Source of the DNA: TPA_inf: Saccharomyces
Taxonomy: Eukaryota
DNA: 64,000 nt
Direction of reading: 5' to 3'
Assembly (NCBI GenBank): GCA_000146045.2
Contig: BK006939.2
Coordinates: forward strand, 1-64,000
Part shown: positions 45,020 through 56,102 of the stretch, in pieces
Layout of the letters: the number at the start of each line of letters is the position of its first letter
How positions within the stretch are numbered: the stretch's first letter is position 1
The notes under the pieces: model-generated
Told to the model about the DNA's origin: nothing
The model's input: only the letters and a program-made list of their open reading frames with translations
The model's database searches: none
Program-made: the position numbers and the translations under genes

Positions 45020-45721
45020 TTAGACTTTGGTTTGGTAATTGAAATTCATGGTAGTGGAAATAAACAAAATTTTCCTCTTCAATTTTTTTCGTCGTTTCGC
45101 TCTGCAATCGAAAATCAAATAATCTTCATAAAAGAAATCACTTTCAATAAATGAACTTCTCACTACCATAATGGATGATGTGGCCGATTCGAAAGCAATA
45201 CGGTTGATTAACACGGAAACCCCGAGTGATAAGTCACCAAAAAAAATTCTCTTTACGATGAATGTTCCGAATTTGTTCTCCTCTTTACAGTTTTCGTTGG
45301 AAAGGTATTTATATGTAATTTCCTTCAGAATTCTCTTGTTTTCTATGTTGGCATTGTCGAGATGAACCTGTTTCAGTATGGCATTGGGAAAAAGTGTAGC
45401 TTGTAACTTTAAAACTTGATCATGCAGTGTTGCAGCTAAATTATCCAGAGTAAAAATTTCCTCTTTGGAGTAAATGCCTAGCAAGTTTTTCAGCTGACTA
45501 CTCCAACCTCGCCTGGCCCTGTGCTTTCTACTTACACAATCTTTGTGATTTGGTGGTAAGGTTTTTGGAAAATGAGGAAGAGTATCTAGTTGTTGGGTAA
45601 TGTTTCTTTCCAAGAATGATATTTTTTTCATTATGACGTCAATTTCTTTAGAATAAGCCGAGAACTGTACAGTTTTAAAACCCTTTCTGTTGTCATTCCT
45701 CTGAATCCCATCATTTGCCAT
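45020..45721 (-). CDS. YEL057C: Protein of unknown function (233 aa).
   Basis: A clean ORF with no recognisable domain. Its position between PCM1 and HAT2 matches YEL057C. Confidence 0.5.
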   Translation of the reverse strand: MANDGIQRNDNRKGFKTVQFSAYSKEIDVIMKKISFLERNITQQLDTLPHFPKTLPPNHKDCVSRKHRARRGWSSQLKNLLGIYSKEEIFTLDNLAATLHDQVLKLQATLFPNAILKQVHLDNANIENKRILKEITYKYLSNENCKEENKFGTFIVKRIFFGDLSLGVSVLINRIAFESATSSIMVVRSSFIESDFFYEDYLIFDCRAKRRKKLKRKILFISTTMNFNYQTKV

Positions 45722-47167
45722 TTAATTTTCAATTTAGTTACTAGTCAATTTTCTTTTTCGCCTTTTGTATTCCATAATATGAATATAAGCTTGGGCTTGC
45801 CGATTTTCTCCGCTTAATATTAAGCCTACGCATGATGTAGGTTACATTTTGAAGGGTTTCTTTTAACTTCCTTACTTATTTATATATGTATGAACCTACA
45901 CAAGGCATTTTACCCTTATTTCTTCCCGCAACATTTGATAAAAAGTGGAAGACGTTTGTGATTGTTATTATCGCCCCAATTTTCTCCTTTTTTTCTTTTC
46001 CTTCAACGTCAATCAATTGCACATTCAGCCGATTGGCTTTCTTAGCGCAGGATAGGGTGTCGGGGATACCTGTGGGAAGTTAGTGACACTTTTTTTTCCA
46101 CTCTCTTCATGGAATCCCCGGACGGCAGCCGCCCGTCCCAATTTTGGCAAAATTGACATCCTAACTGCACGAATTCTCATCGCGTATCAGAACTCTTGAG
46201 CCTTCAGTTTTACTACTCAATGCTCTGATTTATCTATATATACATAAATGAAAATAATACGTGCGCATTTATAAGACAAAAAGTTAGAATTCTGACCACG
46301 ATTGCATGCTGTAGATAATTGTCGTGTTCATTCTCTCTTTAACGGCGCCTCAAGAAGAATATAAAATAATTGCTCTTGCAGTCTCAATGAGTCGGTATGT
46401 TCAAAGTGGTGCCCAACATTTACTAATATTGGACTGCGGTACAAAATCGGCGGCTAAACTGTCTACCGATAAAATACTCTTGATTTATAAGAATGAAAAA
46501 GAAAACAAAAAGGGATGACCCCTGAAAAAGTTTGTTTTCTTTACCCTTTTTTATGTTAAATTTTACATTTATTACCGTTTACGTCAATCGCAATATACAG
46601 GTGGGGCATTGTTATTTGATTTCATAATCTGGTGAGAACGTTATCACGCGGATTATTTAGTTTTTTTAAACCATGTGCGAAGAAATTCTCATATATTGTA
46701 GGCATTTCTGACTCAAACTTCTGCTGCTTAAAATAGCTGTTTTCACCTTTTTTTTCCTCTTGTTCTATTTGACATGCTCCCTTTCTTCCTCGGTCCTTTC
46801 AACCATTTCCATGCTCCTGTAGGCTCAGGAGCAGAGCGAGGAAAAAACTTCCCTACAGAAAGCTTTCATGTTTTTAACCGGTTTCCTTTCAGCTTTTTCT
46901 TTTGGAGTAATCTAGAAAGATTAGGTCATTTGTTCAGTCTATTTGATACTTGATGAGTAGCTCGTCTGTTCTGTTCAAAATAACAATTTGTGAGGTGTAC
47001 GGATGTTTTCACTGGCATTCGTCGACATGACAAAGACAAACCTTGAAAATAATAATGGAGAATAACTAGAAAGACGTTACTATGCCTCTAATACTTCTGC
47101 CTCTCTTATCTCTCCTATCAATTGTGGTTAGCCTAGTAGTCACCAAATAGCAAATTACCAATCAACT

Positions 47168-48373
47168 ATGGAAAACCAAGAGAAACCGCTTTCTGTAGAC
47201 GAGGAGTACGATTTATGGAAATCCAATGTTCCATTAATGTATGACTTTGTTAGCGAGACACGTTTAACATGGCCATCTTTAACCGTCCAATGGCTCCCTA
47301 CTCCTGTTCAAGAATTAGATGGTGGCTTTATTAAACAAGAATTAATCATCGGTACGCACACTTCTGGTGAAGAAGAAAACTATTTGAAATTCGCAGAAAT
47401 TAATCTACCAAAGGAAATTCTTAGTAATGAAGACCCACAAGAAGAAGCAGGAGAGGAGTATCAGTCCTCTCTACCTGCTCCTAGGTCAAATATAAGGATT
47501 ACCGCTAAATATGAGCACGAAGAAGAAATCACTAGAGCCCGATATATGCCTCAAGACCCTAATATTGTCGCCACAATAAATGGGCAAGGCACAGTTTTCC
47601 TCTATTCTCGCTCAGAAGGTCTTCAGTCAACACTAAAATTTCATAAGGATAACGGTTATGCTTTATCATTTAGCACTTTGGTCAAAGGGCGATTGCTTTC
47701 CGGCTCAGATGATCATACAGTCGCTCTCTGGGAAGTGGGGAGTGGCGGTGACCCTACAAAACCAGTACGAACTTGGAATGATTTACATTCTGATATTATT
47801 AATGATAATAAATGGCACAACTTCAATAAAGATCTATTCGGCACTGTTTCAGAAGATTCTCTCTTAAAAATAAATGACGTCAGGGCAAACAATACTACGA
47901 TCGATACTGTGAAATGCCCGCAACCTTTCAACACATTAGCATTTAGTCATCATTCCTCAAACCTCCTTGCGGCCGCAGGTATGGACTCGTATGTTTATCT
48001 ATATGATCTAAGAAACATGAAGGAACCATTACACCATATGTCGGGTCATGAAGATGCAGTGAACAATTTGGAATTTTCAACCCATGTTGACGGTGTAGTT
48101 GTATCCAGCGGGTCAGACAATAGATTGATGATGTGGGATTTGAAACAAATTGGAGCAGAACAAACACCTGATGACGCGGAAGACGGCGTTCCTGAATTGA
48201 TCATGGTCCACGCAGGTCACAGAAGTTCAGTGAATGATTTTGATTTGAACCCTCAAATACCTTGGTTGGTAGCAAGTGCTGAAGAAGAAAATATTTTACA
48301 AGTTTGGAAGTGTTCCCATAGTCTACCCATCGTGGGAGGTCCACCAAAGGTGAACAAGGATATAATAAGCTAA
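47168..48373 (+). CDS. HAT2: Histone acetyltransferase type B subunit 2, a WD40 protein of the RbAp46/48 family (401 aa).
   Basis: WD40 repeats (e.g. LSGSDDHTVALWE, SGSDNRLMMWDL) and the size match HAT2. Confidence 0.9.
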   Translation: MENQEKPLSVDEEYDLWKSNVPLMYDFVSETRLTWPSLTVQWLPTPVQELDGGFIKQELIIGTHTSGEEENYLKFAEINLPKEILSNEDPQEEAGEEYQSSLPAPRSNIRITAKYEHEEEITRARYMPQDPNIVATINGQGTVFLYSRSEGLQSTLKFHKDNGYALSFSTLVKGRLLSGSDDHTVALWEVGSGGDPTKPVRTWNDLHSDIINDNKWHNFNKDLFGTVSEDSLLKINDVRANNTTIDTVKCPQPFNTLAFSHHSSNLLAAAGMDSYVYLYDLRNMKEPLHHMSGHEDAVNNLEFSTHVDGVVVSSGSDNRLMMWDLKQIGAEQTPDDAEDGVPELIMVHAGHRSSVNDFDLNPQIPWLVASAEEENILQVWKCSHSLPIVGGPPKVNKDIIS

Positions 48374-48470
48374 TATATAGTTTTTTTATTGTTTCTTTGG
48401 CGAAAAGGCGTAATTAAACAAAGATCAACATACATAATCCGATTTTGAGGAGTGATAAAATATACTTAGA

Positions 48471-51400
48471 TTATTCCTTATCCATTACAGTTTGCTTTTT
48501 TGAAGATAGCCAATTGATGAAATCAATAAAAATGTTAGGTCCACATTTTCCTTTTTGCATCCACTCTTTGGTAGTTGCAGTATACAAGTCAATCAATTCG
48601 TCAAGCTTGTCGTTACCACCGATTTCAACGTATAACTTACTCAAAAACAGTGAGCTGGTTGAGCACATTGAATAAAACACTGCAGCATGCTGACCTGGCT
48701 TAGAAGTCAGCATCAGCTTGTGTGTTTTTTTCAACAAATCCATAAGCTCGATGTCTTTGTTCATGTCTTTGAATGCAGTTACTTTTATCTTGAATATTTT
48801 ACCCTTCAACAATTTAGAAATTTTGTCGGCAAGTGGCCTATCAAGAGTTTCATTGACACATTTCAGCATTGGGATAATAAAATAAACGAGCTTGCTTAAT
48901 GAGCCTCCTAAATTGTTGGAATGTTCACTTTTATTAGCAAGAGTCAATTTTTCACAATATTTGACGTAAACGGCTAACATGTCGACAACTCTATGCTTGA
49001 ACGAGATAACGTTTTCCCTAGATTGTTTTACCTCAAATTTCCTCTGGTTTCCAGTAGATATGCTTGATAATGCTTCCTTACGACGTTTGAAAATTTCGGA
49101 TAACTGATCATCTAATTCCATCATTTTTTCATCATCCATAGACTCCTCATCTTCATCGTCTCCACCGTCGTCAGAAAGCCCTTCGAGTTGGTCTAAGTCA
49201 ACTTCCCCTTTATCATTAACTATGTTATCGGGTAAATTTAACGCCTTCACTAAGGCGCTAGTGGCCTCTTTATCAATATTCAAAATATCTTCATTTGCCT
49301 CGTCTTCTTCATCTTTTTCATCAGCATCATCGCTATCACTCTCACTTTCACTTTCACTTTCACTACCAGTTTTCGATTCGTCTTCACTGGCATCATTTTC
49401 TTCCTTAATTTCTTCAAATTCTTCTTCTCCTTCGAATAGCTGGGCAAAACCTTGCTTGTTTTCTCTCGCTTTTAAAATATCTAATAAAATTTGCAATTCT
49501 TCCAAACCAACTTCTTCAATAAACTGCTGCCAGATTATTAAACTCAATTTCCTGAGTAAGGCCTTCTTTTGGGCTAAAAGTGATAGTAAGATTTCAGTGA
49601 TGCCTACCATTGAGTTATTCTCGTGTTTGGAAAATTCGCAAAGTTCTTCGATCACAGAAATAGAATCGGTGTCACCTGCATATAATTGTACTAAGCACAT
49701 AGATAACAACGTGCTTAGACCCCAAGATTGAGCAGTTCTTGATCTGCAAACTTTACTCAAGCAAGATATAGCTTCGTTTTTTATATTTTCTAAATTTTCG
49801 TCCAGTGGATTGATTAAATCTCCTACATGAGAATTTTCAATGTCCAGTATTAACTTTAATGTCAGATATTGCCATGAGTTTATTTCAGGATCTTTGCAAC
49901 GTATTTCTTTGTTTATTGTCAACTCTCCCAGGATGGAATAAAGTCTTTCCTTGGCTAATTCGTGTAGCTGTTCTAACTTCAGATCATCTGATGTATGTTT
50001 GAAGAAAGCCATATATACGATGGGTCTCAACACGGGCTTCATTATGTCCATGTCATTGATTTCGACTTTGTGTGCACGAACTATATGAAGGATGGAATCA
50101 AGAGCAAAAAGGGTATGAGATAAAACTCCCTTTTTATCTTGTAACTGTAGAAAAAACACATCGAGTAATTGGGCAAGAACAGTAGAAGGTAATTCTTTAA
50201 TTGCAATAAGTTTGGAAACGGTGCCAGATTTTGTTAACTTATCAAAGTTTATGGAACCGTGAGGACCAAATAACATTGCATTTAAACAAGGTACTAGTCT
50301 GTTTGCAGAATCTTCTTCACAAGCCTTCACTATGGAGTCTAAAGTTAACTGGGAAATCTTATTTAAAACTCTTTGTGAATCTATTGATTGGTTGATCAAT
50401 GTTCTCATAACGTTTTGGCTGAAGCAAAACCCGATGTACGAGCCAGGAACTGCCTTGAAAGCCGCGTCGATTATTAGAAAGCCTAAATATTTTCTTTCAC
50501 TAGAAGCTTTCTCATTGAAAAATGATTCGTCCACGGCCATTTTCCAAAACTCTGGAAATTGAATTGAATTCTGAACCTTTTTATTGTTGGTTTTCTTCCT
50601 TTTCTTCGAAATATGACTAGTGTTCTCTAATTTTCCATTACCAAACAACGGTAGCAGAACACTCCAAACAAAATGCAGCCTAGGGTTCCAATTCGTGTTT
50701 TTTTGTTTTTTCGTCTCTTTTAAACCTCCATTGGCATCCGGAATTACAGAAGAGTTTCTCAATACTTTTGTTAAAAGGGGCAGATTTCCTCTTGCCAGAG
50801 GGTCGTTATCCTTCCAACCTGGATTTTTCAAATCCAACACCGAGGGAATTAGACTTTCATCACCTTCATATTTCAGCAACAAATAAGTTGACAGTCCCTC
50901 ATTTGTCAGAGTCAGGTCATATTTATCATATATCAGAAGAATTTTTTCAGCGGAACTTTCATCCATAAAAGGTAGCAGCATTTTCATAGTCTGGAAAAGG
51001 GTAAAAAAGCATGGTTCTTTGATCCAGTTTTTCTTCAGGGCCAGATCAATTAGCTGTTCCGTGAATCGAATGAAAAACTCGGTGTTTCCTTTTTCCAAAT
51101 CTTTAACAAATATTTCTGAGAATAAAGGTTCATTTAGTAGAGATTTCAAGCCAAATAACTTCCCAAATAAAATTCCACGCTCATCTTTGCCCTTCATGGA
51201 TTTTTTTGTTCCCTCATTGACATTAACGTTCAAAATGGTTGATAAGGTGCTCAAGAACTCGTTCGTTGATTCTAAACCTTTTGGTCGTTGACCTGGTGGC
51301 ATATTAACAGCTAAATTGATTACTTCCGTCAAACATAAAGAAAATCCTAACCTCGCGCTATTTCTGTCAGACGACAAACCCTTGATTAAACGATTCAATA

Positions 51401-51539
51401 CATAAGACCATTCTTCTGCATCGTCGGGCAAATCTAATGCGGATAAGTCCTTTATTAATGCGACAGCTGCATGTAGACGCTCTTCTCGAAGATCAGAAGC
51501 TAGTTTAAAAAAAAGGTCTCTGTTGACTTTCCCTGTCAT
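48471..51539 (-). CDS. POL5: Pol5/Myb-binding-protein-1A-like nucleolar protein required for rRNA synthesis (1022 aa).
   Basis: The known N-terminus, MTGKVNRDLFFKLASDLR, is the internal Met at codon 29 of the ORF. The protein has an ARM/HEAT-like body and an acidic SESESE/DE-rich tail. Confidence 0.85.
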   Translation of the reverse strand: MTGKVNRDLFFKLASDLREERLHAAVALIKDLSALDLPDDAEEWSYVLNRLIKGLSSDRNSARLGFSLCLTEVINLAVNMPPGQRPKGLESTNEFLSTLSTILNVNVNEGTKKSMKGKDERGILFGKLFGLKSLLNEPLFSEIFVKDLEKGNTEFFIRFTEQLIDLALKKNWIKEPCFFTLFQTMKMLLPFMDESSAEKILLIYDKYDLTLTNEGLSTYLLLKYEGDESLIPSVLDLKNPGWKDNDPLARGNLPLLTKVLRNSSVIPDANGGLKETKKQKNTNWNPRLHFVWSVLLPLFGNGKLENTSHISKKRKKTNNKKVQNSIQFPEFWKMAVDESFFNEKASSERKYLGFLIIDAAFKAVPGSYIGFCFSQNVMRTLINQSIDSQRVLNKISQLTLDSIVKACEEDSANRLVPCLNAMLFGPHGSINFDKLTKSGTVSKLIAIKELPSTVLAQLLDVFFLQLQDKKGVLSHTLFALDSILHIVRAHKVEINDMDIMKPVLRPIVYMAFFKHTSDDLKLEQLHELAKERLYSILGELTINKEIRCKDPEINSWQYLTLKLILDIENSHVGDLINPLDENLENIKNEAISCLSKVCRSRTAQSWGLSTLLSMCLVQLYAGDTDSISVIEELCEFSKHENNSMVGITEILLSLLAQKKALLRKLSLIIWQQFIEEVGLEELQILLDILKARENKQGFAQLFEGEEEFEEIKEENDASEDESKTGSESESESESDSDDADEKDEEDEANEDILNIDKEATSALVKALNLPDNIVNDKGEVDLDQLEGLSDDGGDDEDEESMDDEKMMELDDQLSEIFKRRKEALSSISTGNQRKFEVKQSRENVISFKHRVVDMLAVYVKYCEKLTLANKSEHSNNLGGSLSKLVYFIIPMLKCVNETLDRPLADKISKLLKGKIFKIKVTAFKDMNKDIELMDLLKKTHKLMLTSKPGQHAAVFYSMCSTSSLFLSKLYVEIGGNDKLDELIDLYTATTKEWMQKGKCGPNIFIDFINWLSSKKQTVMDKE

Positions 51540-51711
51540 TTTTTTTGTGGACAAAAAGATGCACTTGTGGAAAGAATCACCCTTGTTAATGGATACCCGA
51601 TTCAAACTTCGAATTAAGTGCAAACCGCAGCCTCAGATTAATGTTAAATTGCCCTCTAAGGCAATTCTGGCCATCGCAATAAAATTTTTCGTGTTATTCA
51701 CGCTTTAAAGG

Positions 51712-51719
51712 CCGGGTAA
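51712..51719. promoter_or_regulatory. Reb1 binding site (CCGGGTAA, which is TTACCCGG on the other strand), about 175 bp upstream of the POL5 ATG.
   Basis: An exact match to the Reb1 core TTACCCGG. The RRPE-like AAAATTTTT is 20 bp away, at about 51686-51694. Confidence 0.4.
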
Positions 51720-52720
51720 AATGATAGCGTCCGTTGATTTTGAAGACTATTACTTTTGCGGATATTTTATGTCCGGTCTATCATATTTACCAATGCAAAA
51801 TAATATTTTGATAGTTTTTACCGCAGAGGCAGCCAGTAAGTTGGGAAGTTGCTCAGACCCATAGATACATACGCAGGAAAGGTTTTGTTTTCCTCCTTTC
51901 ATTATTGCAATTAACGTATACATAACTTGAAAAGCTGATGGGTGTCAAGCACGCCCATCAGCGCATCTGAAAGTAGCCTTGAAGGAACTGTAAGTTTCCA
52001 CTTTTCGAATCAGTTATTGGTCGTCAACCATTAGCAGAAGTAAGTTCAGATATTTAGATATACCCTCCCTCAACTATAACGATTAACAAGTGTTTACGAA
52101 CTAATGTAACAGACCAATCCCAAGAGAGTACGTACTAAGAGAAAATGTAAGGCTATGAAATGGACTAATATAACCATAGTAGAAATAGGTATATCTTAGT
52201 GAGTAATCGCCTAAATTAATCTTGTTTGCAATATAAATTGGAACTAAGTACAGTGAAAGACATCGATGGAAATAAAAAAATAACCATCGAAACTTGGTCC
52301 CAGAGTGTTGTCAAACGTTCAAGATGGTTTCTTTTCTAATAAAAAGCAAATTAGAAAACTATTTCACAAGTTAGTAATAATAGTAAAGAATCAAGCATGG
52401 AAAGCAAAGTAAGAAAAAAGAATGAAGTGAAAAGCAAAAAAAAAAAAAGATAAAAATGAAAAAACAAAAAAACGGAGGGTATAATCACATGCAGATATAA
52501 TTTTCGGAAATACATTATAGAAATATAATGTGTCACTTATCCTCTTCATTGTGGTTATCCAGAGAGGAAGAGAAGAGACAAAACAGATAGAAAAAGTATA
52601 ACCCTAGAATCGAAATCAAAAATTAGAAAATAAACGTATTGGAATTTTGTGCAATTATCATATTAAAATACAAAAACAATAAAAAAACTAAAAAGCTTTG
52701 AAACTTTCTTTAATTTTTTT

Positions 52721-53218
52721 CTAATTTTCTGGGATTTCGATTTCACCAGCATTAATGCCTTCAATGATATCATGGGGATTCTTGAAGTCAACACGACAGC
52801 CGACAGATTGAGCAGTACCTAAGATTTCCTTAGTAACGGAAGCCAAAGTTCTACCGAAGGATTTGTCTCTCATTTGTCTGGCAATTTCAATAATTTCATC
52901 CAATTGAATGTTACCACTGTGCTTGACGTTTTTGTCCTTCTTTCTGTCTCTTGGTGGTTCCTTCAAAGCAGTAATGACCAAAGAGGAAGCAGATGGGACA
53001 ACAGAGGCAGCAGCTTGTCTGTTTTGGATCTTTAATTGGACGGTAACCTTGATACCCTTGAATTCTTTGGTGGCCTTAGCAATATCTTCACCAACCTTCT
53101 TTGGCGATAGACCTAAAGGACCAATCTTTGGAGCCAAAGCAGCGGAGGCACCGACTTCACCACCAACGGCTCTTAGGTACAAGTATTTAACTTCATTAGG
53201 ATCAAACTTTGGAGGCAT
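52721..53218 (-). CDS. RPL12A: 60S ribosomal protein L12 (uL11), 165 aa.
   Basis: The full-length sequence [41 protein letters not shown]... is the L11/L12 family. No intron. Confidence 0.93.
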   Translation of the reverse strand: MPPKFDPNEVKYLYLRAVGGEVGASAALAPKIGPLGLSPKKVGEDIAKATKEFKGIKVTVQLKIQNRQAAASVVPSASSLVITALKEPPRDRKKDKNVKHSGNIQLDEIIEIARQMRDKSFGRTLASVTKEILGTAQSVGCRVDFKNPHDIIEGINAGEIEIPEN

Positions 53219-53718
53219 TTTTGTATATCCTTTGTTCTTGTTGTCGACTTTCTAGACCCCAAAAGAAAGTTCCTTTAAGGTGTAATAGTAACGAACTGTA
53301 ACTCAAAGAAGCCTTGAAATTTACCAAAATTCTAGACTTTGAATAATTTTTTCAGTATTAGGAGATGTCCATTTCCAGCAGTGTTAACGGATTCCAAATT
53401 TTCTTCCGGGATTTTCCCTTCGGTTACCAAGAGTGTCTCTCCAGCTCTAGGGAGAGCCCAGGAGTAATTGCCGCCGCGTCCGCCTAAGTCTAGGCAGCAA
53501 GCCACAACTGTACGGACGGAACTCCCAGCCAAGTAAGTTTGGCCCGAACTCACAACGGGGGAACGCACTGCATTTTACCAGCTTACAACAATAACGCCGT
53601 TGTAGGCGGCTTGTAGGTACAATCGCAACGATATCTGGAGTAGATGGCATTGAAATTGAGCTGATACTGTTATAGTTTACAAGCAGTACATTGTCTCATT
53701 ACATTGTCTCTTTGTTTG

Positions 53719-53732
53719 ACACCCACACATAT
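53719..53732. promoter_or_regulatory. Rap1 binding site (ACACCCACACATAT), about 500 bp upstream of RPL12A.
   Basis: The site matches ACACCCRYACAYM at all 13 positions. Rap1 sites are the rule upstream of ribosomal protein genes. Confidence 0.55.
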
Positions 53733-53900
53733 TTGGTGTTCGGATGTTAAACAGGGTATTTATCTTGTTTTAGACTGGTACGAATGGGATAATGGCATAA
53801 GGTGGCTTCATTTGTTTGAGTATAAAGGTCTCCTTTATAATAATTAAATAGCGGGTATATAATGCTAAATATATTTTGTACAGTTAGGGTAAATTCCAGA

Positions 53901-56102
53901 TTATTTATAGCGGTCTTGCTTTATTCTCAATGTTTGTATGGGGAAATAGTTCCATCCTTCTGTTGTATGAACTAATTCAACCTTGTATTCGTGGGAGTCC
54001 TTGTTTTTAATGTTCTTTTTCAAAGTGTTGACGATAACTTTTGAGTTGACTGATAATGCTTTAGAAGTATGTTTTAGTTTACAATAGTACTCCAGAGAGA
54101 GCTCTTGAACCAGTCTTGTTCCTGTTACTAGAACGCCGTTATTATCGCCTCCCTTGATTCCTTGCATTATCTCATCAATAGAACTAACGACATTGCGCAC
54201 TTCAGTTTCGATAAAGTTAGTGGCCCTTTCTAACTTTATATCAAATGCAGCTCCTTTTTCTTCAATGACAAAATCTTTTAAAGTTTGTTGAAATACTTCA
54301 TATTCTGGTAACTCAGGAACACCAATTGAATTAAATGGCTTGAATCTCAAATTATGGATTAACCGTTCATTAGAGAATTTTGACGGAGTACTATTCTTGT
54401 TGTCAATTAAACCAAATGACTTTAAAATTGCAAATTGGAAAACCTCTATTAGACATAAAGATTTGGTAATGTTAATTTCCTTCAAAAGATAGTTTAAAAA
54501 TTGTTTGGTAGCTTGTAATTGTTCCATTTCATTATCCATAGCAAACCTGTACTTTAGCCTCAATTGGTCCTTCTTTTCACCAGCTTTCAATTTTTTAAGT
54601 TTTTTGTTCATGGAATGAATGGCATTAATATTTGATTCAATATCATTTTGACTATCTTTCAAAAAGGTTTCTAAGTGGTGACTTAAATAATAAACATACC
54701 AAAACATAGAGTATGCTTCAAAGGGTTTGTAAATATCCAAATCAAACCCCTTTAAAGAGAATTCGATCATACTTGATAGTTTCATAAAATATGTCCACGA
54801 ACAGTAAACTTGTGAATTGACACTTTCAAACTGGGCTTGAAGAGAATCCCATAGAATAAGTTGCCTGTTAAAACCTTGTCTATATCTACATGTGTTTTGG
54901 GAGCAGTTTTGGTACCATTCTAAAAGCATATTAGAGCTTTCTTGGATAAGTTCATTACCAATAGAGGATTCAAATTCAGATGGAGTTTGTGCTGAAAACT
55001 CCTTGACATGTAGCAAATAAAATTGGGTATATGAAAATTTACCCAAAACTGTTCTGTCGTCTCTAATGAAAAATAAGGGGAATAAGATCCTTGCAATGAC
55101 ATGCCTTTGTTCCAACTTGTTGAAGAATTTGGCAAACTGGTAGGTCTCCAACGCAGACTCGGCTTTATCTACAAGGAGTATTGTTTTAACATCATTTGCC
55201 AGTGTAATAAAGCCGCTGTAATCCGTCGGTAACTTCGTAATCTTCCTGGGAGGGAATTGATTAGACCTGTGCTTTTGTATATATGTTGAGAACGCACCCT
55301 TTGGTGGAGACAGCTGTAATTGTGGAAATATGCCATTAACCGAGTTAGCGTTTTCAATTAGCTCATCCAGGTGGCTTGTCTTTGTGGAATAGTCTGTCAG
55401 ATGGTCTTCTAAGTGGACTAAGCAAATGATAATTTTTAGTATATGCTTCAGCATAGTTAAATGTAAGCTATCATCAGAATATGCCTCTAATATCTGAAGG
55501 CTCTCGGTGAGAGAATTGATAACAACATCTTGCCCCGGCAAATTATCGAATGTATTAAACCCCATGTTATTAAAATTTAAATCCTCCTCTTCAAAAACAA
55601 TACCAGCACTCAAGAGTTTCTGCACAAATTTTGTTAAATAACAAACGCCAAGTATGCAACTTCCTAGTACTTTATCATACAAAATATTCCCTGTACACCA
55701 GGACGAACCGGCAGTTGTTCCCTTAACTAATGACGATAATAAGCTTTCTGTATACCTGCAGCTTAATACAGTAGTGGGTAAAGTCTGGTAGTCATTCAGC
55801 CAGGAGATAACACATCTAAGTAATCTATCCGCTATGGCTGCTACACTTGCCAACGGTGGATCGTAGGCCACGTTCACATCAAATTCTATTTCTTCTGCTG
55901 TCAATTCTATCAGACTGGAGTCTAATTTGGAGTTGTTGACCTCTAAAGAATGTGTACCCTCGAACAAATCAAACCTGGGATCTTTCACGATAGCCTCTGG
56001 TTTTAGTTTTGAACACAATTCATCAAACAGACTTGTGACGTCAACCAATTGGTCAAAATCATCAGTTATGCTCAAGGAACCTAATATACTGTCTACTTCC
56101 AT
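53901..56102 (-). CDS. MAK10: NatC N-terminal acetyltransferase auxiliary subunit (733 aa).
   Basis: The known start, MEVDSILGSL, is the internal Met at codon 10 of the ORF track. The size and sequence match MAK10. Confidence 0.85.
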   Translation of the reverse strand: MEVDSILGSLSITDDFDQLVDVTSLFDELCSKLKPEAIVKDPRFDLFEGTHSLEVNNSKLDSSLIELTAEEIEFDVNVAYDPPLASVAAIADRLLRCVISWLNDYQTLPTTVLSCRYTESLLSSLVKGTTAGSSWCTGNILYDKVLGSCILGVCYLTKFVQKLLSAGIVFEEEDLNFNNMGFNTFDNLPGQDVVINSLTESLQILEAYSDDSLHLTMLKHILKIIICLVHLEDHLTDYSTKTSHLDELIENANSVNGIFPQLQLSPPKGAFSTYIQKHRSNQFPPRKITKLPTDYSGFITLANDVKTILLVDKAESALETYQFAKFFNKLEQRHVIARILFPLFFIRDDRTVLGKFSYTQFYLLHVKEFSAQTPSEFESSIGNELIQESSNMLLEWYQNCSQNTCRYRQGFNRQLILWDSLQAQFESVNSQVYCSWTYFMKLSSMIEFSLKGFDLDIYKPFEAYSMFWYVYYLSHHLETFLKDSQNDIESNINAIHSMNKKLKKLKAGEKKDQLRLKYRFAMDNEMEQLQATKQFLNYLLKEINITKSLCLIEVFQFAILKSFGLIDNKNSTPSKFSNERLIHNLRFKPFNSIGVPELPEYEVFQQTLKDFVIEEKGAAFDIKLERATNFIETEVRNVVSSIDEIMQGIKGGDNNGVLVTGTRLVQELSLEYYCKLKHTSKALSVNSKVIVNTLKKNIKNKDSHEYKVELVHTTEGWNYFPIQTLRIKQDRYK

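Noticed and set aside
49222-49731. 169-aa plus-strand ORF inside POL5, Ser/Leu-rich.
   Set aside because: It is an antisense reading of the POL5 acidic repeat region.
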